DNA from: Patescibacteria group bacterium
GTDB taxonomy: Bacteria > Patescibacteriota > Minisyncoccia > Phycocordibacterales > JAKAEA01
Reading direction: 5' to 3'
Length of the DNA stretch: 64,000 bases
Assembly: GCA_040387855.1 (NCBI GenBank)
Contig: JAZKCY010000001.1
Location: 25,334 to 89,333, forward strand
Shown: in pieces, positions 1-8,226 of the stretch
How positions within the stretch are numbered: position 1 is the first letter of the stretch
Layout of the letters: every line of letters begins with the position of its first letter
Program-made: the position numbers and the translations under genes
Notes under the pieces: model-generated
What the model was told of the DNA's origin: nothing
The model's input: the letters and a program-made list of their open reading frames with translations, nothing else
The model's database searches: none

Positions 1-34
1 TATGAAGCATATTTTTATTTTGTTAATTTTTGCG

Positions 35-64
35 ACAAAAAACCCCGTATCATATGATACAGGG
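35..64 (-). terminator. intrinsic terminator downstream of rpsT
   Basis: hairpin ccccgtatcatatgatacaggg (43-64) followed on the minus strand by a T-run (plus 35-42 acaaaaaa). Confidence 0.5.
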
Positions 65-72
65 TTATTTGT

Positions 73-342
73 TTATTTTGCTGATGCTTTTTTGATAAGC
101 TTTGAAAGTCGTGACTTCTTTCGGCTCGCTGCATTCTTCTTAATGAGATTTGTTTTAGCAGCCTTGTCGATAGCTTGATAAGCTTGAGCAAGAAGAGTCA
201 TCGCCTCCTTAGTGTTCTTGTCAGTAACGAATTTTTTAATCTTCTTTACAACAGAACCCATAGCATCCTTTCGGCGTTGGTTATATACTCGCTTTGTTTT
301 TGAAGCTCGTAGCGCCTTTTTTGCTGATGATGTAATTGGCAT
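73..342 (-). CDS. rpsT: 30S ribosomal protein S20
   Basis: 89 aa basic protein; SAKKA..R.S...R..N...K start and overall Lys/Ala-rich S20-like sequence. Confidence 0.85.
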   Translation of the reverse strand: MPITSSAKKALRASKTKRVYNQRRKDAMGSVVKKIKKFVTDKNTKEAMTLLAQAYQAIDKAAKTNLIKKNAASRKKSRLSKLIKKASAK

Positions 343-414
343 AGGCCAGATAATACCTTATATATATAGAAAAGGCAAGAAGAGTGGTTTATCTCCACAT
401 GCTATACTATTTCC

Positions 415-993
415 ATGATTGCCCGACTTACTGGAACAATAGTCCATGCCGATACACGCTTTATGATTCTTGACGTTAATGGCGTAGGATATAAGGTTTT
501 TACAACTACAGGGATATTAGAAAAAAACCTTACGGATAGCGTTACATTTTGGACCCATTTGGCAGTGCGCGAAGATGCACTTGATCTCTATGGCTTCCCT
601 ACACGAGATGAATTAGAGTTCTTTCAACTACTTATTACTGTAAACGGTATTGGCCCAAAAAGTGCATTGGGAATATTAAACATGGCAAGTGTTGCTACTA
701 TTCGCCAAGCAATTCTCACAGAAGATCCAGCGTATCTCACAAAAGTTTCAAGTATTAGTAAAAAGAATGCTGAAAAAATTGTGCTCGAGCTTAAAGGTAA
801 ACTTGCTGATATCTTTACAGAAGGAGCTGAAGAAGTTCCTCAGAGTCATGAATCTGATGCTCTTGAGGCACTTAAATCACTTGGCTACCAAGAACGAGAT
901 GCTCGAGATGCACTCAAAAAAGTCCCCAAAGAAATTACCGATACGGCAGAATGCATTCGTCACGCATTAAAAGCACTTTCTACAAGCAAATAA
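415..993 (+). CDS. ruvA: Holliday junction DNA helicase RuvA
   Basis: 192 aa; MIARLTG..V start, HhH region GIGPKSALGIL, typical RuvA length. Confidence 0.85.
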   Translation: MIARLTGTIVHADTRFMILDVNGVGYKVFTTTGILEKNLTDSVTFWTHLAVREDALDLYGFPTRDELEFFQLLITVNGIGPKSALGILNMASVATIRQAILTEDPAYLTKVSSISKKNAEKIVLELKGKLADIFTEGAEEVPQSHESDALEALKSLGYQERDARDALKKVPKEITDTAECIRHALKALSTSK

Positions 994-1012
994 AAAGCTT
1001 ATTATAGAGCAT

Positions 1013-2308
1013 ATGGACATTATCCTCAGAGCGGCACGAAAACTTATCCCTAACGGTATTTTTGAAACATTTCAACCGGCATATCACTATACATGGGCTG
1101 TATATAGTGCTATGCGATATCGCTACCCTTCTCGTCATATCAATGTAATTGCTATTACTGGCACAAAAGGTAAGTCGAGTACAACAGAGATAGTGAATGC
1201 AATTTTAGAAGGCGCTGGTAAAAAAACTGCAGTTGCAGGGACTATTCGGTTTAAAGTTGGTGACAAATCATGGTCAAACAACTACAAAATGAGCGTGCCT
1301 GGACGTGGATTTATTCAAAAATTCCTACGGCAAGCAGTGGACGCAGGATGCGAATACGCAGTATTAGAAATGACCTCAGGAGCGGTACTTCAGTATAGAC
1401 ATCGATTTATAGATTTCGATTCACTTATCTTTTTAAATATTTCTCCAGAGCACATTGAGCAGCATGGAAGTTTTGAAAACTATTTAGCAGCAAAGCTTGA
1501 ATTGGCAAAAGCTTTAGAGCAATCCAAAAAAACACGTAAAATAATCATCGCAAATAAAGATGATGCTGAACACCACAAGTTCTTGGATATAGATGTACCA
1601 GAGAAATATACATTTGGGCTCAAAGATGCTGAACCCTATCAGCTCGATCAATTTGGACTCTATATGACATATAAAGGCCGCAATATGCGTACGCATCTTC
1701 AAGGCACCTTCAATATTTCTAATATATTAGCAGCCCTTACCTACGCTTCTACTCAAGAAATTAGTCCTGAAACAGCACAAAAAGGATTACATAATCTCAC
1801 GGGTATCTTAGGACGTGTACAAAAAATTACTCTGCCTGAAGACCATGCTCATGCAGCAAAACAAAAGTTTAATGTAGTTGTCGATTATGCACATACCGTA
1901 GATTCACTTCAAAAAGTTTATACTGTATTTAAAGATTCTAGAAAGATTTGTGTGATTGGAAATACAGGAGGAGGCCGAGACACTTGGAAGCGACCTGAAA
2001 TGGCACGTGTAGCAAACGAACACTGCTCACATATTATCCTTACCAATGAAGACCCTTATGATGAAGATCCTCAAGCTATTGTTGATCAGATGATTCCTGG
2101 GATCTCTTCTACCCCATTTGAGATTATTATGGATCGCCGAGAAGCAATTCATAAAGCAATATCTCTTGCTCATAAAGGTGACTCAGTAATTATTACGGGA
2201 AAAGGAACTGATCCATATATTATGGAAGCCAATGGTAAGAAGACTAAATGGAGTGATGCAAAAGTTGCTCAGGAAGAATTGGAAAAAGTACTTATGGAGC
2301 GAATCTAA
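1013..2308 (+). CDS. Mur ligase family protein (MurE/MurF-like, short N-terminus)
   Basis: ATP-binding motif AITGTKGKSSTTE; C-terminal Mur ligase domain GxxxGRDxWKRPEM...ILTNEDPYDEDP...GDSVIITGKG. Confidence 0.6.
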   Translation: MDIILRAARKLIPNGIFETFQPAYHYTWAVYSAMRYRYPSRHINVIAITGTKGKSSTTEIVNAILEGAGKKTAVAGTIRFKVGDKSWSNNYKMSVPGRGFIQKFLRQAVDAGCEYAVLEMTSGAVLQYRHRFIDFDSLIFLNISPEHIEQHGSFENYLAAKLELAKALEQSKKTRKIIIANKDDAEHHKFLDIDVPEKYTFGLKDAEPYQLDQFGLYMTYKGRNMRTHLQGTFNISNILAALTYASTQEISPETAQKGLHNLTGILGRVQKITLPEDHAHAAKQKFNVVVDYAHTVDSLQKVYTVFKDSRKICVIGNTGGGRDTWKRPEMARVANEHCSHIILTNEDPYDEDPQAIVDQMIPGISSTPFEIIMDRREAIHKAISLAHKGDSVIITGKGTDPYIMEANGKKTKWSDAKVAQEELEKVLMERI

Positions 2309-2320
2309 TATATAGTTAGA

Positions 2321-3499
2321 TTAGAACAATTCATTAAGTTTTGCACGAGTCATTGGCCCTACTAAGCCATTTTGTGGAATTTTATATTTCTTTTGAAATG
2401 CCTTTACGCCTGTTTCTGTGCATGGACCGAAAGTCCCCGTACTACCACATGAGTATACTCCAGAATTTGTAAGCGCAGTTTGAAGTGCTGAGACATCAGA
2501 TCCACTACTTCCTTTCTTTAAATCCTTCTTCCATGAATATGCGAATGTTGTTTTAGCTGGAGTTGAAATAGTGATTGGCTTTGCTGTGGCAGCCTGTCCA
2601 GTAGCATAGACATCACGATCGCCAAAGAATCTATGCACACCTAAGAATGTTTGCTGAGCTAAATCTTTTGCTACTTGTTCTTGAATAGCTAAATTTCTGT
2701 ACTGAGGTTCATAAATATAACCATACTCAATAAGCGCAACAGCACTCTTTACCGTATCACGTGCTCCAATTGCAATAAGATCCTGATCCTCAACAACGCC
2801 TCGTGATTCACCAGGCAATGTACTTACACTATTCTTAAGAAGAAGCTCTCTCAAAACTGATTCTCCCAATACTGCACTTGTTCGGGCATTTGAGTACTGA
2901 CTTTCAGGAATATACACAGCAATACCAGTATAATCCCCTACTTGGCCCCATGGTCGTCCTCCATGATCATTAATATGAAGATGAAGTGTTATATCAACAT
3001 CATTTTCATTTGCCCATTTATTAATTCCATACAACCGAAGTGCGACTTCAGGACGAGCATCATTATGAGGAACATTTTCTGTTGTTTTTATTTCACCAGC
3101 AGAGATTTTTTGCTGATGGGCAGCTTTACTTGTTGTTATGAAATCCTGAATTTGCTGTCTATTATCTGTGAAGTAGTTTTTAAATGTTGGAGTATATCCC
3201 ATCTGTGTACGCGTAATCTGCACATCTAGTCGTGGATCATTTTTTAAGTAGTCATACAAATACTGTCCAATAGCTACGACAACATCTGCTTCACGAACAT
3301 CACCAAATTCAGTACCCCAATATTCATCATCATGTCCTGGCACAATAAGAATTTTTACTTTCTCACCAGTTTTTGTTGCTGTCTTATATTCATTTATTAG
3401 TTCTAATGGTGTTACGGCATAAGCATTTGAAGCACATCCAAGAATAAAAATCAGACTACTTATACTAAAGATAAAATATTTTAAGCTTTTCTTTTTCAT
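2321..3499 (-). CDS. secreted N-acetylmuramoyl-L-alanine amidase with C-terminal peptidoglycan-binding domain
   Basis: N-terminal signal peptide; Amidase_3-like region ILIVPGHDDEYWG..HLHINDHGG; C-terminal PG_binding_1-like GSSGSDVSALQ..AFQKKY. Confidence 0.7.
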   Translation of the reverse strand: MKKKSLKYFIFSISSLIFILGCASNAYAVTPLELINEYKTATKTGEKVKILIVPGHDDEYWGTEFGDVREADVVVAIGQYLYDYLKNDPRLDVQITRTQMGYTPTFKNYFTDNRQQIQDFITTSKAAHQQKISAGEIKTTENVPHNDARPEVALRLYGINKWANENDVDITLHLHINDHGGRPWGQVGDYTGIAVYIPESQYSNARTSAVLGESVLRELLLKNSVSTLPGESRGVVEDQDLIAIGARDTVKSAVALIEYGYIYEPQYRNLAIQEQVAKDLAQQTFLGVHRFFGDRDVYATGQAATAKPITISTPAKTTFAYSWKKDLKKGSSGSDVSALQTALTNSGVYSCGSTGTFGPCTETGVKAFQKKYKIPQNGLVGPMTRAKLNELF

Positions 3500-3520
3500 A
3501 CGTCTGTATAGTATATACCT

Positions 3521-4435
3521 ATGCCCGAATTACCTGAAGTCCAAACTACTGTTGATGGGATCAATGACGTTGTAAAAGGCCTTACTATTACCGATGTTTG
3601 GACTGATTACAATAGCTTATTTCATGCCGGAAAGGATAATATCAAGAATCCTGAGTATTTTTCACAGTTTAAGAAAGATGTGGTTGGGTCAAAAATTAAA
3701 AATGCCTCACGTGTAGGTAAAAATGTACTCATTCATTTATCGAATAAAAAAACTATTTTGACCCACATGAAAATGACTGGGCACTATATGTATGGGAAAT
3801 ATGTATATAGAGATAAAATCTGGCAACCAGAAGCTCAAGACGGCCCGCTACGAGATCCATTTAACCGACATATTCACTTGGTCTTTAGCCTGTCCGATGG
3901 CAAACATCTTGCATTTTCAGACCTTCGAAAGTTTGCCAAAGTGTTCATCTTTGATACTGAAAACGAAAAAACTATTGAAGATCTGATGGGTATTGGGCCT
4001 GATCCCCTCGACTCTAGTTTTAGCTATGAAGTTTTCAAGAGCCAGCTTCTAAAACGCCCCACATGGAAAATAAAACTTGCCCTCATGAGTCAGGAACTTA
4101 TTGCTGGTATTGGAAATATTTATTCTGATGAGATGCTCTGGGAATCAGATATCCATCCAGAATCTCATGTGGGTAAAATTCCTGAAAAGAATTTCAAAAA
4201 AATGTTTAGTGTTACTACTCCTCTCCTGCAACGTGGTATCGATTTTGGTGGTGACTCAGATTCAGATTACCGCAACATACATGGTGAATCTGGGAATTTT
4301 CAAAATAAACATCATGCATATCGTCGCACGGGAGAAGCTTGTGATAAAAAAGGTTGTAATGGCACAATAGCCCGCCTCAAAATGGGTGGCCGCAGTGCTC
4401 ACTTTTGTGATATTCATCAAGTAAGATTTACCTAG
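3521..4435 (+). CDS. mutM: formamidopyrimidine-DNA glycosylase (Fpg/Nei family)
   Basis: MPELPEVQT catalytic N-terminus (Pro2/Glu3), C-terminal zinc finger C-x2-C...C-x2-H region. Confidence 0.85.
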   Translation: MPELPEVQTTVDGINDVVKGLTITDVWTDYNSLFHAGKDNIKNPEYFSQFKKDVVGSKIKNASRVGKNVLIHLSNKKTILTHMKMTGHYMYGKYVYRDKIWQPEAQDGPLRDPFNRHIHLVFSLSDGKHLAFSDLRKFAKVFIFDTENEKTIEDLMGIGPDPLDSSFSYEVFKSQLLKRPTWKIKLALMSQELIAGIGNIYSDEMLWESDIHPESHVGKIPEKNFKKMFSVTTPLLQRGIDFGGDSDSDYRNIHGESGNFQNKHHAYRRTGEACDKKGCNGTIARLKMGGRSAHFCDIHQVRFT

Positions 4436-4929
4436 ATATTAAGCATTCTAAAGAGTGCAATACCAAGCGACACTCCCACGTTAAGAGACTCTTTCTTCCC
4501 TTTCATTGGGATTTCCGCAATAACATCACAGCGACTTAACAGTGAAGCAGGAATTCCTTCTACTTCATTCCCCACTATAAAAAGAACGGGCTGCTTTACC
4601 TTTACTTTCTTATAATCTTGAGCTTTTTTGTCTTGTTCTATTCCTATAATTTGTATTGGTTCCAAAAGAGTCTCAAGTTTTTTTAGTACAAATCCTGGAG
4701 TTTTAAAATACTCCCATTCTACAGAAAGCTCCCCGCCAAGAGACACTTTTGATAATTCTTTTACTTCTCTCCCAAAACGATCTACCGGAGTTGGTGTATA
4801 TCCTGTGAGAAAAATCTTTTTTATACCAGCTGCATCTGCAGTTCGAAAAATAGAGCCAACATTATGAACACTCCTAATGTTATGAAGTAATAGATAACTG
4901 CTTTTTAATGGATTATTAGCTTTTGTCAT
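4432..4929 (-). CDS. SpoU/TrmH family RNA 2'-O-methyltransferase
   Basis: 165 aa; SpoU_methylase-like motifs VGSIFRTADAAG, FIVGNEVEGI, NVGVSLGIAL. Confidence 0.7.
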   Translation of the reverse strand: MTKANNPLKSSYLLLHNIRSVHNVGSIFRTADAAGIKKIFLTGYTPTPVDRFGREVKELSKVSLGGELSVEWEYFKTPGFVLKKLETLLEPIQIIGIEQDKKAQDYKKVKVKQPVLFIVGNEVEGIPASLLSRCDVIAEIPMKGKKESLNVGVSLGIALFRMLNI

Positions 4930-5028
4930 ATTTAGATAGATTTATAGGGACAATACTACGCAATATTAGACTTTTTGCAAAAAATAAGCTATATTTTTTG
5001 GTACCGCCTTGAGCGATCTCAAGGAAAT

Positions 5029-5101
5029 CCGGCCATAGCTCAGTTGGTAGAGCACCTGCCTTTTAAGCAGAGGGTCGTTGGTTCGATTCCAACTGGCCGG
5101 A
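5029..5101 (+). tRNA. tRNA-Lys (anticodon TTT)
   Basis: cloverleaf: acceptor CCGGCCA/TGGCCGG, D-arm GCTCAGTTGGTAGAGC, anticodon loop CTTTTAA, T-loop GGTTCGATTCC. Confidence 0.8.
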
Positions 5102-5105
5102 CACG

Positions 5106-5140
5106 AAAAAAGCCACATACATAGATATGTGGCTTTTTGT
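5106..5140. terminator. bidirectional intrinsic terminator between tRNA-Lys and the beta-helix gene
   Basis: aaaaaagccacatacatagatatgtggctttttg: 10-bp stem flanked by A-run and T-run. Confidence 0.6.
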
Positions 5141-5153
5141 TGGATTGTGAGAT

Positions 5154-8150
5154 TTAAATACTTGTGAAGTTTAACTTTGTCTTAAACTGCTGTACCGCAG
5201 CCGCACCTGTATACTGATTTCGCCAATTATCTTTTGATTGATTTCGAGCTTCTGTGATGAATGCATCAAAGTTTGATGAAACATCTGGAGCAACAGTAAT
5301 TGGTACATTTATAGAACCGTCAGGATATGTGAGCACACTACTTCGTTTTACCAGCCCTGAAAAATAATTCTTTCGTAGTACTACTGGATCTGCAGCATAT
5401 TGATTTAATGCAGTAAGACCAAAGCGATTAATATCAATAGCTACGGGCCAGCTATATACAATGTTTCTTTCATAGACAAGATTGTGAATACCAATAGCGT
5501 CAGCTTGATAGGTACCAGTTCCTGTTTCCATAAGAATTGCTGGAAACTGAGTTGTAGTATTGAATGCAATTATGTTATCAGAGATTGTTGCAGCCTTAAC
5601 GTTTGCTACCTGAAGTCCAATACCTCGATCATGGGTAGATGCACCTGAGTTTTCAATTTGAAGGTTGCCTATCATTACGTTGTTCTTCACCCTCCCCGTA
5701 ATACCTCCCGGATGTGGTCGCCCACCACCATTCACAAGACCAAATGACATATGAATAGGATTTTTATAGAAGAAGTTGTTCTCTGATACTCCCCCACTTC
5801 GCAATTGCAATCCGTGACTTCCTGAACGAGAAATAATGTTATTTCGTACTGTAACGTTCCAGTTTATACCATGGATATATGCATTGTGAGTAAAGTTTGA
5901 ACCATTTCCTCCAAACATATCTCTTCCGTTATTATCTAAAACGTTTTCTTCGATAAGCAATCCATCAGATCCATAACTATAGATTCCCTGGGCATAATCT
6001 GTACTTGCCATATCAGGATTGAAGTTATCGACAATTACAGATCTTCGAACTGTTAGATTTTTTACGACCTGCGGCTTTGTCTGTGAACTAAAATCACCAG
6101 TAGCTGAGAATGATATACCCTTAAAGAATTGATGAACCTTTAGATCTTCGTAAAGAAGATTCCCTCCACCAAATGATCCCTCATTGTTGATTCCTGTTCC
6201 ATCATATTTACTTCCTCTAAACTCAATACTTACGATAGCGAGATTTTTAGTTCCAAGGCCGAGTCGTAATCCATCCCCACTTGGAGGAGCAATAATTGGT
6301 CGTGGGCCTGAACCATACGCAGCAATTACCATTTTATCTGAATTTGATCTTCCCGATATACCAACGGAACTAGCATGTGGGCCGGTGTAATTTTTTAACG
6401 ATTCAGGAAATGTATCTCCACGTTTTAATAAAATCTGATCAGGATACCCACTTCGTACCATCGTAAAAGCTTTAGTCACAGTTTGTACTGGGCTGCCAAT
6501 TGTTCCATCATTTGCGTTATTACCTGAATTTGCTACGTAAATTACTTTTGAATCAAGCTTTGGAGAAATATCTGTATATCCACTGACAACTGGTGGAGTA
6601 GGTATAGTTGGAGGAGTAACTGGTGGAGTCACAGGTGGAGGTGGTGGCACAACAACTACAATTAATGACGATTTTACCGCAGTTCCTCCTGGGCCGGTAC
6701 AAGTAAGTGTATACGTATTATTTGATGAAATACCTGCGATAGTTTGAGAACCTGATACAGACTTTGTTCCCGTCCATCCACCTGATGCTATACATGAAGT
6801 TGCATTAGTTGAAGACCATGTAATAGTTGCAGCGCCTCCAGTAGTAACACTTGTAGGAGTACTTAGATATACTGAAGGAGCTTCAGCAACAATTGGAGCT
6901 GTTACTACAAATCGAATAGTTTGAGGTGTTCCAGCTACGAGTACTCCGCTACTTGATTTAGAAAATGGAATCATCTTTAGAGTATGACTACCGATACTTG
7001 GAGTCCATTGATTTGGCATTCCACCTGTATCACCTGCCATAAAGAACGGCCGAGATCCTTGATATCCAAATTTTGTTACCCCATCTAAATCAAATTGCAC
7101 AGCAACTGTATTATCTGGAGCTAATGCCAAAATATTTAATTTATTTGTTGGAAGTAGTGATACATCAAAAGCAGCACCATCAGGTAATGGATTAAAGCCA
7201 CTAATAGGAGTACTCATTTGTGCATTATACAAAACTGCAGATTGAATTGTAGCAACGGGAGTTGGAGGCGGTGGCGGAGGTAATGGAGCGGGTTCAATTG
7301 TAAATCGCATTACTGATGACTTACCAGGTACAAAAATACCATTTGATTCTTTATATGGCGTTATAGTAACAGTGTGCGCTCCAGGAGTTGGATTCCAATT
7401 TGCATAATCCCCACTAGCATCTCCCATAAGACTATATGGTGCCACAGATTCTGTTCTATAATTTATCTGACTATCATATCCAAACTGGACTTTGGCTAAT
7501 TTTTCGCCATTTGCTGGTTCTACAGTCAGTGTAAATGTTTTTGTCTTAAGATCAGCAAGCTTAATCACTTCTCCATCTCGAATTATTGTATACCCGGAAA
7601 TCTTAGTATTTGTTGTTGTATTAACAAGTGATGCAGTAGTGATTTGCGTAGGTGGTACAACATCTATAACAGTAAACTGTATTGATCGTGATGTACCTTG
7701 AACTCCTTGAGCATTCGCTTTTGTAAATGGAGTTGCTTTTACTACATGTTTACCAACTGGAGGAGTCCAGGGTAAATAACCTTCTGTCTCACCTCCCCCA
7801 GTTAAAGAATATGCAGGAAGTGCTTCTGTTTGATAATTTTGATTACCATCAAGAGCAAATCTCACACTTCCAGTAACTGCAGGATTTGTATTCGCACGCA
7901 TACTAAGATTTTTTGTTGGCAACGTAGCAAGATTCAACACAGCACCATCTGCCATATTTTCGTAGCCGGCCACAGGCTTGCTTGTATCTGCATTAATAAG
8001 CGTAAAGCTGACGACATTTGGAGATGAGGCTGTTCCGATTGTTAGAGCACTTTGTGAAGTCGAGTTTTGTTGTATGAGTGTCCCGGTAACAATGAAGCTA
8101 CCTGCGAGGACTAATGTAGTCAATGCAAAGAGTGATACTTTTTTTAACAC
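5154..8150 (-). CDS. large secreted protein: signal peptide, three ~110-aa repeats, Ig-like domain, Pro-rich linkers, C-terminal right-handed beta-helix domain
   Basis: N-terminal hydrophobic signal; three internal repeats with conserved motifs (NADT..PV.GYE, LPTKNL, W.P..G.H); PPPPPPTP and PPPPPVTPPVTPP linkers; C-terminal PbH1-like repeats (NHNAYIHGINWNVTVRNNII, HGLQLRSGG); paralog of 8227-10932. Confidence 0.75.
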   Translation of the reverse strand: MLKKVSLFALTTLVLAGSFIVTGTLIQQNSTSQSALTIGTASSPNVVSFTLINADTSKPVAGYENMADGAVLNLATLPTKNLSMRANTNPAVTGSVRFALDGNQNYQTEALPAYSLTGGGETEGYLPWTPPVGKHVVKATPFTKANAQGVQGTSRSIQFTVIDVVPPTQITTASLVNTTTNTKISGYTIIRDGEVIKLADLKTKTFTLTVEPANGEKLAKVQFGYDSQINYRTESVAPYSLMGDASGDYANWNPTPGAHTVTITPYKESNGIFVPGKSSVMRFTIEPAPLPPPPPPTPVATIQSAVLYNAQMSTPISGFNPLPDGAAFDVSLLPTNKLNILALAPDNTVAVQFDLDGVTKFGYQGSRPFFMAGDTGGMPNQWTPSIGSHTLKMIPFSKSSSGVLVAGTPQTIRFVVTAPIVAEAPSVYLSTPTSVTTGGAATITWSSTNATSCIASGGWTGTKSVSGSQTIAGISSNNTYTLTCTGPGGTAVKSSLIVVVVPPPPPVTPPVTPPTIPTPPVVSGYTDISPKLDSKVIYVANSGNNANDGTIGSPVQTVTKAFTMVRSGYPDQILLKRGDTFPESLKNYTGPHASSVGISGRSNSDKMVIAAYGSGPRPIIAPPSGDGLRLGLGTKNLAIVSIEFRGSKYDGTGINNEGSFGGGNLLYEDLKVHQFFKGISFSATGDFSSQTKPQVVKNLTVRRSVIVDNFNPDMASTDYAQGIYSYGSDGLLIEENVLDNNGRDMFGGNGSNFTHNAYIHGINWNVTVRNNIISRSGSHGLQLRSGGVSENNFFYKNPIHMSFGLVNGGGRPHPGGITGRVKNNVMIGNLQIENSGASTHDRGIGLQVANVKAATISDNIIAFNTTTQFPAILMETGTGTYQADAIGIHNLVYERNIVYSWPVAIDINRFGLTALNQYAADPVVLRKNYFSGLVKRSSVLTYPDGSINVPITVAPDVSSNFDAFITEARNQSKDNWRNQYTGAAAVQQFKTKLNFTSI

Positions 8151-8226
8151 AGTCAGTAATTTGTTACGTACTAATAATTTATGTAGTAATTATAATACGA
8201 ATTCAACAGTTAACCAACGTAGAACA